Translations under genes and position numbers: made by a program | In this document: piece after piece, positions 45,044-54,322 of the stretch | Layout of the letters: every line of letters begins with the position of its first letter | How positions within the stretch are numbered: position 1 is the stretch's first letter | Source of the DNA: a virus | Lineage: Duplodnaviria; Heunggongvirae; Uroviricota; Caudoviricetes | DNA length: 64,000 bases | Direction: 5' to 3' (one strand) | Virus record (IMG/VR): IMGVR_UViG_3300042456_000759 | Notes under the pieces: generated by a model | Seen by the model: the letters and a program-made list of their open reading frames with translations, nothing else | Database searches by the model: none | What the model was told of the DNA's origin: nothing

Positions 45044-47386
45044 ATGAGTTGTTCATCTTTAAATCCTTGCGGTACTTGTTTACAATGTACTCAATCATAC
45101 CAATGTCCTCCAGCACCTTGTAATACAGGTTGTCTTTATGATGTTCCTTCGGATTGTGTGTTTACTTCTAAGGATTTAGATCTTTGTGGTAATACAATTG
45201 CTTTAGGTACAAAGCTAACAGATGTATTAGAAAGTATTATGGAAGCTGCTTGTGATGGTATAGAGATTATAAATCAAGATACTAGAGTTAAGATTTCTGC
45301 AAATGATACTACTACAGGATATCTTGAAAATAAAATTATAGAAGGTAATGGTATTAACATTACAAAAAATAATGTAGGTGCTAATGAAAGTTTAACAGTA
45401 GCCGTTCAAGCCTCTTCTCAACCTAATAACTGTTTATCTGTTTTACCAGATGGAGTATTTGTAGCGTGTCCTACATCATCAGCTAGTACATTAGTTCAAA
45501 CAACTGATACATCTACAATTGACTTTACAACTACATCTATCCCAGGTGGTTATAATGTAACTGGCGCAGTTAAGATTGATAATACAGCTGGAAACGTATT
45601 AACTATTGGTGCTAATGGTTTATATGTACCGACTCCTCCTACTGCTATTCCTTTAGGAATAACTGCATTAGATACTTTTACTATAGATACTACTGCTACA
45701 TTAGTTGGTTCTAATTATAATGTTAGTTCTCAATTACGAATAGATCCTGCATCTACTTTACCTTATTCTATTGGTCCTAGTGGATTAAAATTAGATTGCT
45801 GTGCTACAGGTAATACTTTATTAACTGTTACAGATTCATCTACATTAGATTTGACTTTAACTCCTATTTCAGGAGGTTATAATTTAACTGGTGCTGTTAT
45901 TTTATCTCCTAATGCTAATAATGGTTTGCAGTTACTTGGTAATGGTTTATATTATCCTAATGCTGGTGCAACAATAGGTGTTCAAGATACTAATAGTATA
46001 GATTATACTTTGTTACCAGGGAATGTTGTTACTGGAAGCTTAAAATATCAAGATAGTAACACTATCAACTTAGATGTTCCTAACTCTAGTGGTTTAACAG
46101 CTCATGTTAAATTATCTACTGATGGAGGTAATATTCTTGTGAATGGTACAGATGGAGCTTTATATGTTCCTGCTTCAGGTGTAGCTTATTCTACTGATTC
46201 ATGTAATATAGCTCAAGCAGGTACTGATGGAGATATTTACGTTCCATTTGTAGATCAACTTTCATTTATTGAAATATATAATGATGGAACTAATTTATTG
46301 TTACGTTTCTCTGGAATCTCTAATGTTGCTGCTGATTATGAAGTTGAATTTAGAGGAACTACAGGTAGTCCTTTAAATTGGGTAAATGGGGATATTAATT
46401 TTGTATCTCAGACAAGTGGAGTATTGACTTATACAATAATTGGTACAGCTGCTGCAAGAGCCGCATGTGAAGTAATTGGAGTTAGAGTTAGGACGTTATG
46501 TTCTCCAATTGAAAGTCAATGGATTTCAGCTTATTATCATCCTGATGATGATTTAGAATTTATTTCTAGCAATAATACTGTTTCTGTTGCAACTACATCT
46601 GATTGTGGTATTTTGGATGTAACTATTGATAATACAACTACATGTGCTCCTTTTATATCTACAGATTTTAGTAGAACATTAGTAAATTATGATGGTAATG
46701 TATTTTTAAGAGTGTTTCACTCACCTACTACTAATAATTACGATCATGCAGATGTCAGAGTATTTTATACAGATACAGATGGTCTTGTTGCTTCAGTGCA
46801 TCAAATTATATCTACGTATAATAATACTAATGTTCCTGCATACATTTTATTACCAAACTTTGATAAATCTATAAATCAAAATGCAACAATACGTTTTTCT
46901 CGTATTTGTGATTTAACTCATGCTACTGATGTATCAGCTCCATTGAATGTTACTCTTGCTTGGAGTAATTCTACTTATTGTAATGATGATGTTTGGAAAT
47001 TATTAGGAGCAGGATCGTATGTATCAGGTGGATTCTGGACAGCTAACTTTGCTGTGCCTCCTTCACCAGCAGCGTATAAAGTAACAGGTCGAAGAGAATT
47101 AAAGCTTGCTGGAACTATGACATGTAGAGTTACTTTTACAGGAGATAGCGGTTGGTTTAATGTAATAGATCTTACAACAATTACATGTTTTCCTTTACCT
47201 ACTATAACTGTTGATTATTTTCCTCCTCAACAAATGGAAATAAACTTATTAACAAATGTATTAGGTGAACCTACTGTACTAGTTAGACGTAGTGGTAATT
47301 TCTTACAATTAAGATGTATATCAAACGGTATAGCTTTTACAAATCATACATTAGTAGTAGCTCTTTCTTCAATTATTATAAATTAA
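45044..47386 (+). CDS. Cys-rich fibre-like protein, paralog 3 (N-terminal Cys motif only)
   Basis: CGTCLQCTQSYQCPPAPCNTGCLYDVPSDCVF...LCGNTIALGTKLTDVLESI resembles the N-terminal Cys-rich module of the two upstream genes. Confidence 0.45.
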   Translation: MSCSSLNPCGTCLQCTQSYQCPPAPCNTGCLYDVPSDCVFTSKDLDLCGNTIALGTKLTDVLESIMEAACDGIEIINQDTRVKISANDTTTGYLENKIIEGNGINITKNNVGANESLTVAVQASSQPNNCLSVLPDGVFVACPTSSASTLVQTTDTSTIDFTTTSIPGGYNVTGAVKIDNTAGNVLTIGANGLYVPTPPTAIPLGITALDTFTIDTTATLVGSNYNVSSQLRIDPASTLPYSIGPSGLKLDCCATGNTLLTVTDSSTLDLTLTPISGGYNLTGAVILSPNANNGLQLLGNGLYYPNAGATIGVQDTNSIDYTLLPGNVVTGSLKYQDSNTINLDVPNSSGLTAHVKLSTDGGNILVNGTDGALYVPASGVAYSTDSCNIAQAGTDGDIYVPFVDQLSFIEIYNDGTNLLLRFSGISNVAADYEVEFRGTTGSPLNWVNGDINFVSQTSGVLTYTIIGTAAARAACEVIGVRVRTLCSPIESQWISAYYHPDDDLEFISSNNTVSVATTSDCGILDVTIDNTTTCAPFISTDFSRTLVNYDGNVFLRVFHSPTTNNYDHADVRVFYTDTDGLVASVHQIISTYNNTNVPAYILLPNFDKSINQNATIRFSRICDLTHATDVSAPLNVTLAWSNSTYCNDDVWKLLGAGSYVSGGFWTANFAVPPSPAAYKVTGRRELKLAGTMTCRVTFTGDSGWFNVIDLTTITCFPLPTITVDYFPPQQMEINLLTNVLGEPTVLVRRSGNFLQLRCISNGIAFTNHTLVVALSSIIIN

Positions 47387-47391
47387 AATAT

Positions 47392-47502
47392 ATGACAACT
47401 AAAATAGTAATAGTCAATAAATGTGGGAAAGGAAATGGTTGTGTTATAACTATTCTTCCTGCAATGATTCAAAAAGAAAAACTTGAATTGTTACGACTCT
47501 AA
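47392..47502 (+). CDS. small protein (36 aa), possible swapped-hairpin AbrB/MazE-like fold
   Basis: MTTKIVIVNKCGKGNGCVITILPAMIQKEKLELLRL. Internal Met of ORF 47314..47502. Weak. Confidence 0.25.
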   Translation: MTTKIVIVNKCGKGNGCVITILPAMIQKEKLELLRL

Positions 47503-47543
47503 ACAGCTTCCATAAAAATTTCTTTGTTGGTTTAGAAATTTTG

Positions 47544-47572
47544 ATCCCTCTTTTTTAAGAGGGATTTTTTAA
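47544..47572 (+). terminator. strong intrinsic terminator ending the structural operon
   Basis: atccctc-ttttttaa-gagggat followed by tttttt. Confidence 0.65.
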
Positions 47573-47934
47573 TTTATACTAATATAATCAAAATTTGATG
47601 AAAATCTATATTTTTTCATTTCACTTTCTCTACCTTCAAAATGGTCTAAGATAAAATCTATAAATTCATTTAAAGGTACATCTCCAGTTACTTCTATTAG
47701 TTTTTCATCTTCCATTATCATTATTAATCTTTCTTCTTTCATAAATATATTTAAAGTGTAAAATTAATAAACTTTTTCTAAATATATTTTTTTATATTAA
47801 ACTTATTTTATACCTTTGTTATTCAGAAGAATAATTCTGGTAGCCGTGAGAAGCTAAACATCAACTTTAATAATTAATAAACTTTTTTTAAATTCGTATT
47901 ATTATTCAATAATATGTTTAGCTTCTCACAACAA

Positions 47935-47964
47935 AGCCCAGAGTTTCTACTTTGGGCTTTTTTT
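47935..47964 (+). terminator. hairpin plus T7 run (candidate terminator/attenuator inside the annotated N-terminus of ORF 47914)
   Basis: gcccagag-tttct-actttgggc followed by ttttttt. Confidence 0.4.
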
Positions 47965-48753
47965 ATGGAAATGATTCAAAAATATAAGTTATTAGCATTT
48001 ATTACTCTTTGTAAAAAGAGTAGGAATAACTCTGTGTTCTTATATCAGAATGAATCTTCAGTTAAAAGAAGTAAAGAGTTAGGTGTTAGTTTTAATACGT
48101 TCAAAAAGTTTAAAGTTATTTGTTTAGAGAATTCCTTATTAAAAGAAGTTAATGGTCATTTAATATTTGTTAAAATGTTAGATGTTTTAACCTTTCTAAA
48201 CGATGGTATTATTTGTGAGAAAAATCTAACATTTAACAGATTTATATTATTTTTTAACTATGTAACATATAAGAACATTAGTTATAAGAACATATATAAT
48301 CAAATTAGAAAATCATTAGTATTAAAAAATTATAAGCAACAGGAATATAATATTAAAAGAAACAAATCTTTCATTAAAGATTTAGGTCACGGTAATAAAA
48401 AAGCAATTAAAGTATTGATTAAACAAGCTAGGAGCTTGGGTAAATCAACTACTGAATATCTCAAATGTTTACCTAAACATAAAGAAAGAATAGTATCTGG
48501 GAAAAATCATATTTCTAAAATAATAGGAATGTCTCCTTCAACAGGACAAAGGTTATTAAAAGAACTTTCTAAAAAAGAAGTTACTAGAATTGTCATAACT
48601 AAACAGCTATCTAAAAATATTCAAGGATATGATTTAGATTTATTGAGATACCTGAATCCAGGTAAAGCTGTTCATTTGACTAAATCAGGAACTTTCATGT
48701 ATTTAGGTTCTTTAATCTCTTTAAAAAAGACTTCCCCTAAAAATTGCTTTTAG
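47965..48753 (+). CDS. basic, Lys-rich protein with two HTH-like segments (start probably at 47965 rather than 47914)
   Basis: VKRSKELGVSFNTFKKFKV and ISKIIGMSPSTGQRLLKEL are HTH-like. The upstream part of ORF 47914 overlaps a terminator hairpin and an inverted repeat. Confidence 0.35.
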   Translation: MEMIQKYKLLAFITLCKKSRNNSVFLYQNESSVKRSKELGVSFNTFKKFKVICLENSLLKEVNGHLIFVKMLDVLTFLNDGIICEKNLTFNRFILFFNYVTYKNISYKNIYNQIRKSLVLKNYKQQEYNIKRNKSFIKDLGHGNKKAIKVLIKQARSLGKSTTEYLKCLPKHKERIVSGKNHISKIIGMSPSTGQRLLKELSKKEVTRIVITKQLSKNIQGYDLDLLRYLNPGKAVHLTKSGTFMYLGSLISLKKTSPKNCF

Positions 48754-48789
48754 TAGGTATCAAAACGTTAATTTTAAAAAAATAATAAG

Positions 48790-49005
48790 ATGTTTAATTA
48801 TAAAGAAGATAATGAATTTTGCATAAAACAATTGTGTTCAGAAAAAGGAGTTTCTGTTATAGAACGCGGTAACACTTTGATAATCAAAGAGTTAACTGTA
48901 AATCAGTTATTAAATTCTGTTCATAATTCAAAGAATAATTTTTATAAAAGATTTAAAGACAGGGAATCTTTATATTTTTATTGTTCAAATCAATTAAAAA
49001 AATAA
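48790..49005 (+). CDS. hypothetical protein
   Basis: ORF track. Confidence 0.4.
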   Translation: MFNYKEDNEFCIKQLCSEKGVSVIERGNTLIIKELTVNQLLNSVHNSKNNFYKRFKDRESLYFYCSNQLKK

Positions 49006-49017
49006 TATATTTGCAGT

Positions 49018-49233
49018 ATGAAAGATAATGTAAATCATCCACCTCATTACAATCAAGGGATTGAAGTAATAGATTATATAGAATCATGGGGATTAGATTC
49101 TGATGCTTATTTGTTCAATGTTATTAAGTATATAACCAGGGCAAAGTTTAAAAACAATGAACTAGAGGACTTAAAAAAAGCAAGATGGTATTTAGATAGA
49201 AAAATTCAAAACTTAGAATCAAATGCAAAATAG
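49018..49233 (+). CDS. DUF3310-like phage protein
   Basis: N-terminal VNHPPHYNQGIEVIDYI matches the DUF3310 NHP.HY...GIE.ID signature. Confidence 0.5.
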   Translation: MKDNVNHPPHYNQGIEVIDYIESWGLDSDAYLFNVIKYITRAKFKNNELEDLKKARWYLDRKIQNLESNAK

Positions 49234-49894
49234 TGTCGAATTAATAGGTTATTATGGTTCTGATATAACTCATGCTCAATCTGCTTGGACTTCTACTGTC
49301 AGAGATTTATCTGAAGAGAAATTAAATAGAGTTGATAAATTATTAGCTTCATTAGCAGAAGCTGGACATCATACTCCCTTTGAAAAGTCCAGTTTACATT
49401 TTTTAGTTAATGTAGATCAAGCAACTCATATTCATTTATTAAAACATCGTATTTCTGTTTCTATAAATGGAGAAAGTGCTCGTTATAAAGAATTAAAAGA
49501 AGACAAATTTTATCTTCCTGTAGATTGGATTAATATTAAATATCAAGGATCAGATACAGAACGGATTGAAGGTATAGGTAATAAAGATTGGTATAGAATT
49601 TTAGAAGATTATACAAAGATGGGAAATGTATTATATCATCAAGCTATAAAAGATCTTACCCCAATATTAGGTAAAAAAAGAGCAAAGGAATCTGCTAGAT
49701 TCTTTAAAACAATTAATTCTCAGATAACATTAGATATAATGTTTAATTGGAGAAGTTTTGTTCATTTTTTAAGATTACGAAACGATGAAGCTGCTCAATT
49801 AGAAGTAAGAGAATTAGCTAAGACTATGTTAGATTTAGTTAAAAATATTGAAGGAAATCCTTTTCAACATACAATAAATGCTTTCAAATTATGA
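49223..49894 (+). CDS. thyX: flavin-dependent thymidylate synthase ThyX
   Basis: ThyX signature KHRISVSINGESARY (RHR.7-8S.RY-type), 223 aa. Confidence 0.75.
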   Translation: MQNSVELIGYYGSDITHAQSAWTSTVRDLSEEKLNRVDKLLASLAEAGHHTPFEKSSLHFLVNVDQATHIHLLKHRISVSINGESARYKELKEDKFYLPVDWINIKYQGSDTERIEGIGNKDWYRILEDYTKMGNVLYHQAIKDLTPILGKKRAKESARFFKTINSQITLDIMFNWRSFVHFLRLRNDEAAQLEVRELAKTMLDLVKNIEGNPFQHTINAFKL

Positions 49895-50559
49895 AACCTG
49901 CAAATAGAGAAAGAAAAAATGAAATAAAAGCTATAAACGCTGTTCAATTAAATGATGAGCAAAAAGAAGCAAAACGTTTAATTATTGAAAATCAAATTGT
50001 AATAGTTACAGGTAGAAGTGGGTCAGGTAAATCGTTAGTATGTGCTAATGTAGCTTTAGATTTTCTAAAGAAAAAACAAGTAGAATGCATTTATAATACT
50101 AGAGCTGTAATTGAAGTAGGTAAAACTTTAGGTTTTTTACCTGGAGGACTAGATGAGAAATTCGATCCTTATATGGAAGCAATTATTGAAAATTTAAATA
50201 AATGTTGCACCGATAAGACTGAAGTTACTAGATTAATTGAGCAAGGTAAAATTAAGGCTTTAATTCCTCAATATATTAGAGGAAAAACAATGAATGATAT
50301 TTTAATTGTTGAAGAAAGTCAAAACTTAACTTCTCATGAAATGTTAGCAATTGTTACTCGTTTAGGTAAAGAAGGAAAAATTGTCATAAATGGAGATAAT
50401 GATCAACAAGATATTAAAACTCCAGATGGTTCTATGAACGGTTTAACATATATGATTAACATGTCAAAAGTGATTCCTGAGATTCAACATATTCATTTAA
50501 AAGAAAATCATAGAAGTGATTTAGTCGGAAAGATATTAGATTATGCATACAATAGATAA
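49891..50559 (+). CDS. phoH: PhoH-like ATPase
   Basis: Walker A GRSGSGKS, FLPGGLDEKFDPYMEAI, Walker B/PhoH block ILIVEESQNLTSHEMLAIVTRLGKEGKIVINGDNDQQD. Confidence 0.8.
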   Translation: MKPANRERKNEIKAINAVQLNDEQKEAKRLIIENQIVIVTGRSGSGKSLVCANVALDFLKKKQVECIYNTRAVIEVGKTLGFLPGGLDEKFDPYMEAIIENLNKCCTDKTEVTRLIEQGKIKALIPQYIRGKTMNDILIVEESQNLTSHEMLAIVTRLGKEGKIVINGDNDQQDIKTPDGSMNGLTYMINMSKVIPEIQHIHLKENHRSDLVGKILDYAYNR

Positions 50560-50830
50560 TTCAGGTGTATATTTATTGGCGTGTCCTTATGCTGGTACAA
50601 CTATGTTAAAAATAGGATTTGCCAAAGATGTTAAAAAGCGCATAAAGACTCATAAGTCATCTAATCCTTTATTAGAAGTTATAGGATATATTTATTCAGA
50701 AGATTACAAATGGTTAGAAAAAGACATTCATAAAAAATGTGCTAAATATAAGTATTCAACTGAATGGTTCTTTTATAAAGAAGAAATAATAAATTATTTT
50801 AAACAACATGAACAATTTAGAAACATTTGA
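50543..50830 (+). CDS. T5orf172 / GIY-YIG-like domain protein (putative homing-endonuclease-associated)
   Basis: GVYLLAC...KIGFAKDVKKRIKTHKSSNP...EWF matches the T5orf172 (MUG113) GIY-YIG-like pattern. Confidence 0.5.
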   Translation: MHTIDNSGVYLLACPYAGTTMLKIGFAKDVKKRIKTHKSSNPLLEVIGYIYSEDYKWLEKDIHKKCAKYKYSTEWFFYKEEIINYFKQHEQFRNI

Positions 50831-51050
50831 TGATCTTACAGGGCTTTATGATAAATTAAAGCCACAATATTATATAGGTTATGATACATACAAAGTAGGT
50901 GACGTCTCATATAAGATAATGGAAGGTTTTGACGTACATTTAATGTGGGGTCCTTCTAAAGAAATGAAGGAAGGAGATAAATTATTAAAAAACATAGATA
51001 TATGTCTAGAATTAATTGATGAATATGAACGAGGAATATCAAAAATATGA
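50808..51050 (+). CDS. hypothetical protein
   Basis: ORF track. Confidence 0.35.
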   Translation: MNNLETFDDLTGLYDKLKPQYYIGYDTYKVGDVSYKIMEGFDVHLMWGPSKEMKEGDKLLKNIDICLELIDEYERGISKI

Positions 51051-51210
51051 TTTAGTTGTAGAATATAATAATCATATTGAACAACTATTAAATGAAAGAC
51101 CTGATAAACGTAAGAAAACATTATACAAAGACTGGCTCAAAGAGATTAATCATTTCGCAAGAGAAGCAAATAAACTTGCAAAGTTCCCTATTTATGGGAT
51201 TTTCAAGTAA
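51016..51210 (+). CDS. hypothetical protein
   Basis: ORF track. Confidence 0.35.
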   Translation: MMNMNEEYQKYDLVVEYNNHIEQLLNERPDKRKKTLYKDWLKEINHFAREANKLAKFPIYGIFK

Positions 51211-51276
51211 TTAACATTTAGATAACTCCGTTTCGAGCGAAATTGATAGTATATTTGTAATCTAAAAGAAAATAAT

Positions 51277-51438
51277 ATGAAAAGAATTCACACACTGTTG
51301 TTACTGAATCCAAGTTATTGTAAATGGGGATCTGAGCGTTTAGCTATTAAAACAGGTTTAGCGGTATCAACTATTAATCGGTTTAAAAAAACAGAATTAT
51401 TTAAACAAATTAAATCAAATTATTTAAGAGGATTGTAA
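51277..51438 (+). CDS. small HTH-like protein (53 aa)
   Basis: Manual translation MKRIHTLLLLNPSYCKWGSERLAIKTGLAVSTINRFKKTELFKQIKSNYLRGL. The HTH-like segment is SERLAIKTGLAVSTINRF. Followed by a terminator hairpin. Confidence 0.3.
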   Translation: MKRIHTLLLLNPSYCKWGSERLAIKTGLAVSTINRFKKTELFKQIKSNYLRGL

Positions 51439-51450
51439 TCCTCTTTTTTC
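51427..51450 (+). terminator. intrinsic terminator
   Basis: agaggat-tgta-atcctct followed by tttttt. Confidence 0.5.
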
Positions 51451-51451
51451 T

Positions 51452-51841
51452 ATGGGAAAGGTTTCTAAAAAGAATATAGAAAATAATGAAAAACAATGGT
51501 TGTTTTTTTACACATTACTTCAATCAAAGGGAAAGTTTTCTGAAATATCAGGGGATCCATTATACGGAGAGTTAAATTCAACATGGTTTCATCATATTTA
51601 TCCTAAATCTAAATATCCAAATTTACGATATTGTCCTGAGAACATTATCATAGTAACTCCAGATGAGCATAATGCTATTGAACTTGGTCAAAGTTTTCCA
51701 GAGTTAGAAAAAAGAAAAAAGAATATAGCTGAAAAATACGATATATTAATAGAAGATACTAAAGAATATTTAAATGAGTATTTAAATCCAATTTACGAAC
51801 ATGTTAAGTCAAAGACAAACTTTTTCAAAAAAAGCAATTAA
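51452..51841 (+). CDS. HNH endonuclease-like protein
   Basis: HHIYPKSKYPNLRYCPENIIIVTPDEHNAIE (HH...N...H pattern). Confidence 0.45.
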   Translation: MGKVSKKNIENNEKQWLFFYTLLQSKGKFSEISGDPLYGELNSTWFHHIYPKSKYPNLRYCPENIIIVTPDEHNAIELGQSFPELEKRKKNIAEKYDILIEDTKEYLNEYLNPIYEHVKSKTNFFKKSN

Positions 51842-52079
51842 ATCAATCTTAAAAGATTTAGATTTTGAAAAGATTCATAAAAAGTATAGAAGAAAAATTG
51901 TAAAAACAAATTTAGTCGATTTTGTTTTTGAAGTAATAGCGGAAGATTATCATATCTCTTTAGAAAAAGAAACATCTAGCATATTACTTATTTCTACAGA
52001 CAATTTTGAGGAATATTTGAGTTATATATTTCAATTCTACGACATATTAAATGAAAATAATGAAAAAACCAACGATTAA
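51801..52079 (+). CDS. hypothetical protein
   Basis: ORF track. Confidence 0.35.
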   Translation: MLSQRQTFSKKAIKSILKDLDFEKIHKKYRRKIVKTNLVDFVFEVIAEDYHISLEKETSSILLISTDNFEEYLSYIFQFYDILNENNEKTND

Positions 52080-52809
52080 ACGATTATATTTTGATATAGA
52101 GACTTCCTATAATATAGGTTCTTTTTGGGGATTAGGAAAACAATATATATCATATCAAAATATAATTCATGAAAGAGCTATAATCTGTATATGTTACAAA
52201 TGGGAACATGAAAATACAGTACATCATTTAACATGGGACGCTTCTCAAAATGATAAAAATATGCTTGAAAAGTTTTTAAAGATAGCAAATCAAAGTGATG
52301 AATTAGTTACTCAGAATGGAGATAATTTTGATATTAAATGGTTAAGAACCAGGTGTTTATATCACGGTATTCCAATGTTTCCAACATATTCGACATTAGA
52401 TACTTATAAAAAAGCTAGATCTGGATTTAAATTTAATAGTAATTCATTAGATTATATGGCTCAGTTTCTAAAAATGGGAAGAAAGAATAAAATGTCTTTA
52501 TCAGATTGGGATGATATAATCTTAAGAAAAGATACTAAAGCTTTACAAAAAATGGTTACATATTGTAAAAAGGATGTAACTTTATTACAGAATATCTATA
52601 AAAAACTATCTCCATATATTACCCATTCTACTCATCATGGAACGTTACAAGGAAAATCTACAGTATCTTGTCCAGAATGTACTAGTGATGAAATGGTTGT
52701 CTCTAAACATAGAGTAACCGCAGCAGGTATTAAGAAAATACAATTACAATGTAAATCATGTGGAAAATATCACACAGTTTCAGAAACAAGTTTAAATAAA
52801 ACAAAATGA
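52051..52809 (+). CDS. stand-alone DEDD-type 3'-5' exonuclease (PolB-exo-like) with C-terminal zinc ribbon
   Basis: Exo I YFDIETS, Exo II NGDNFDIKWL, Exo III YCKKDV. C-terminal CPECTSD...CKSCGKYH. Confidence 0.55.
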   Translation: MKIMKKPTIKRLYFDIETSYNIGSFWGLGKQYISYQNIIHERAIICICYKWEHENTVHHLTWDASQNDKNMLEKFLKIANQSDELVTQNGDNFDIKWLRTRCLYHGIPMFPTYSTLDTYKKARSGFKFNSNSLDYMAQFLKMGRKNKMSLSDWDDIILRKDTKALQKMVTYCKKDVTLLQNIYKKLSPYITHSTHHGTLQGKSTVSCPECTSDEMVVSKHRVTAAGIKKIQLQCKSCGKYHTVSETSLNKTK

Positions 52810-52997
52810 AAATAGATCACACTATTGAAATCTTATTACAAGGTATAAGTGCATATAAAGAAAAAATATCAAATATTATCCTTTTTTATGACAAACCGTT
52901 GCCTAAAGCAGCAGTAGAAGAAATAACAGAATATGAAGAAAAAATTAAAGAATTAAAAAATGTAATGGATTTTTTAGAAAAATATAAAAATAATTAA
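52806..52997 (+). CDS. hypothetical small coiled-coil protein
   Basis: ORF track. Confidence 0.35.
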   Translation: MKIDHTIEILLQGISAYKEKISNIILFYDKPLPKAAVEEITEYEEKIKELKNVMDFLEKYKNN

Positions 52998-53063
52998 AAT
53001 CAATTATCAACTTGTCTTTTAACCACCTGTAAAATCAGGTGGTTTTTTAATTTTTAAAATTAA

Positions 53064-53654
53064 TTGTCATTCACAATAAAAATTAGTAACTTATATTGTA
53101 CTTTTATAGTTATGGAAGATAATATTAATAAGCAGAACTTTATTTTAGAAAAGCTTTTAGATAAAGCCAAGGATAGAGGAGCTGTATATAAGTACCCATT
53201 AAAAATGGAAGATATCCCTAAAATGCCTCGTTTTAGAGATACTGATTTTAGATATAGGGTTGTTGAAGAAGCTTATAATCATTGGAGAGCTGATATTAAT
53301 AATCAAAGTAGAATAAGTAAGTTTACTATAAGAGATTTTCAGCGTGTATGGAAATATATAGCTGATGAGTTATTTGCAGAGTTAGAGAATAATTTTCAAG
53401 GAGTAAGATTACCAGAACAGCTTGGAGAGATGTATATAGGAGTTCCTCCTAATTTAGAATATTATGTAATTGTAAATAGACCTAATCATAAGCATATTGT
53501 CTGGCGTAATAAAGTTAAATATTGCAATGTTAATTTAAGATATTGTTACTTTAGTACTTTTCATAAAAGATATCGATCAGCTATGTTAAGGGATGATTTT
53601 TATAAAAGTGCAAAAGAGAAAATGCATATATTTCCTCATAAAAAAAATAATTAA
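53064..53654 (+). CDS. hypothetical protein (alternative start at 53112)
   Basis: ORF track. Confidence 0.4.
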   Translation: MSFTIKISNLYCTFIVMEDNINKQNFILEKLLDKAKDRGAVYKYPLKMEDIPKMPRFRDTDFRYRVVEEAYNHWRADINNQSRISKFTIRDFQRVWKYIADELFAELENNFQGVRLPEQLGEMYIGVPPNLEYYVIVNRPNHKHIVWRNKVKYCNVNLRYCYFSTFHKRYRSAMLRDDFYKSAKEKMHIFPHKKNN

Positions 53655-54322
53655 TGTTAGTATCAGAAGCCATATCTCAAGTAAAAAATGATTTAAAATT
53701 AGTTCATGCTGATAAGCGTGTCACTAATAAATTCATTTATTCATTGTTAACTAAACATGCTGCTTGGTTGATTAAACGAGAGTCTGATCAATTACGTTTA
53801 ATTAAGTCTGATAATATATGGCAAACATTACATTGCATAGAAACAATAGATGTTCCTACTACTGATCCTTGTTGTAAGTTTAAATCAAAGTGTTCTATAT
53901 TAAGAACTAAAGATAAACTACCTGAAACTTTTGAAGATAGTTGGGGAATATTAGTGAAGCACGTAGCTTCTATTGATAATTCTCAGGATTTACATCCTAT
54001 TAAGATGTCTGAATGGACTAGAAAATTAGATAATCCTAATTTTAAATATGATAAAACTAAATATTATTTTTATAAAGATGGATATCTTTATTTTCCTAAT
54101 ATAACCTGGAAATTAGTTACGATTACTGGATATTTTAAAGATGATATAACTAAATATAATTTATGTGATGAAACATCTCAAACTTTAAATTGTTCTATAT
54201 TAGATACGGAATGGAGAGTTCCTTTACATTTACAATCTATGATTATAGATTCAGTATTAAAAGAATTGACAGCAACTTATCTTCAGATTCCTTCACAAGA
54301 AACAAAAATTGATAAACAATGA
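53654..54322 (+). CDS. hypothetical protein
   Basis: ORF track. Confidence 0.45.
   Translation: MLVSEAISQVKNDLKLVHADKRVTNKFIYSLLTKHAAWLIKRESDQLRLIKSDNIWQTLHCIETIDVPTTDPCCKFKSKCSILRTKDKLPETFEDSWGILVKHVASIDNSQDLHPIKMSEWTRKLDNPNFKYDKTKYYFYKDGYLYFPNITWKLVTITGYFKDDITKYNLCDETSQTLNCSILDTEWRVPLHLQSMIIDSVLKELTATYLQIPSQETKIDKQ

Noticed and set aside
47914-47964. Annotated N-terminus MFSFSQQSPEFLLWAFF of ORF 47914..48753
   Set aside because: It overlaps a 16-bp inverted repeat and a hairpin plus T7 terminator-like structure. The downstream in-frame ATG at 47965 is the more plausible start.
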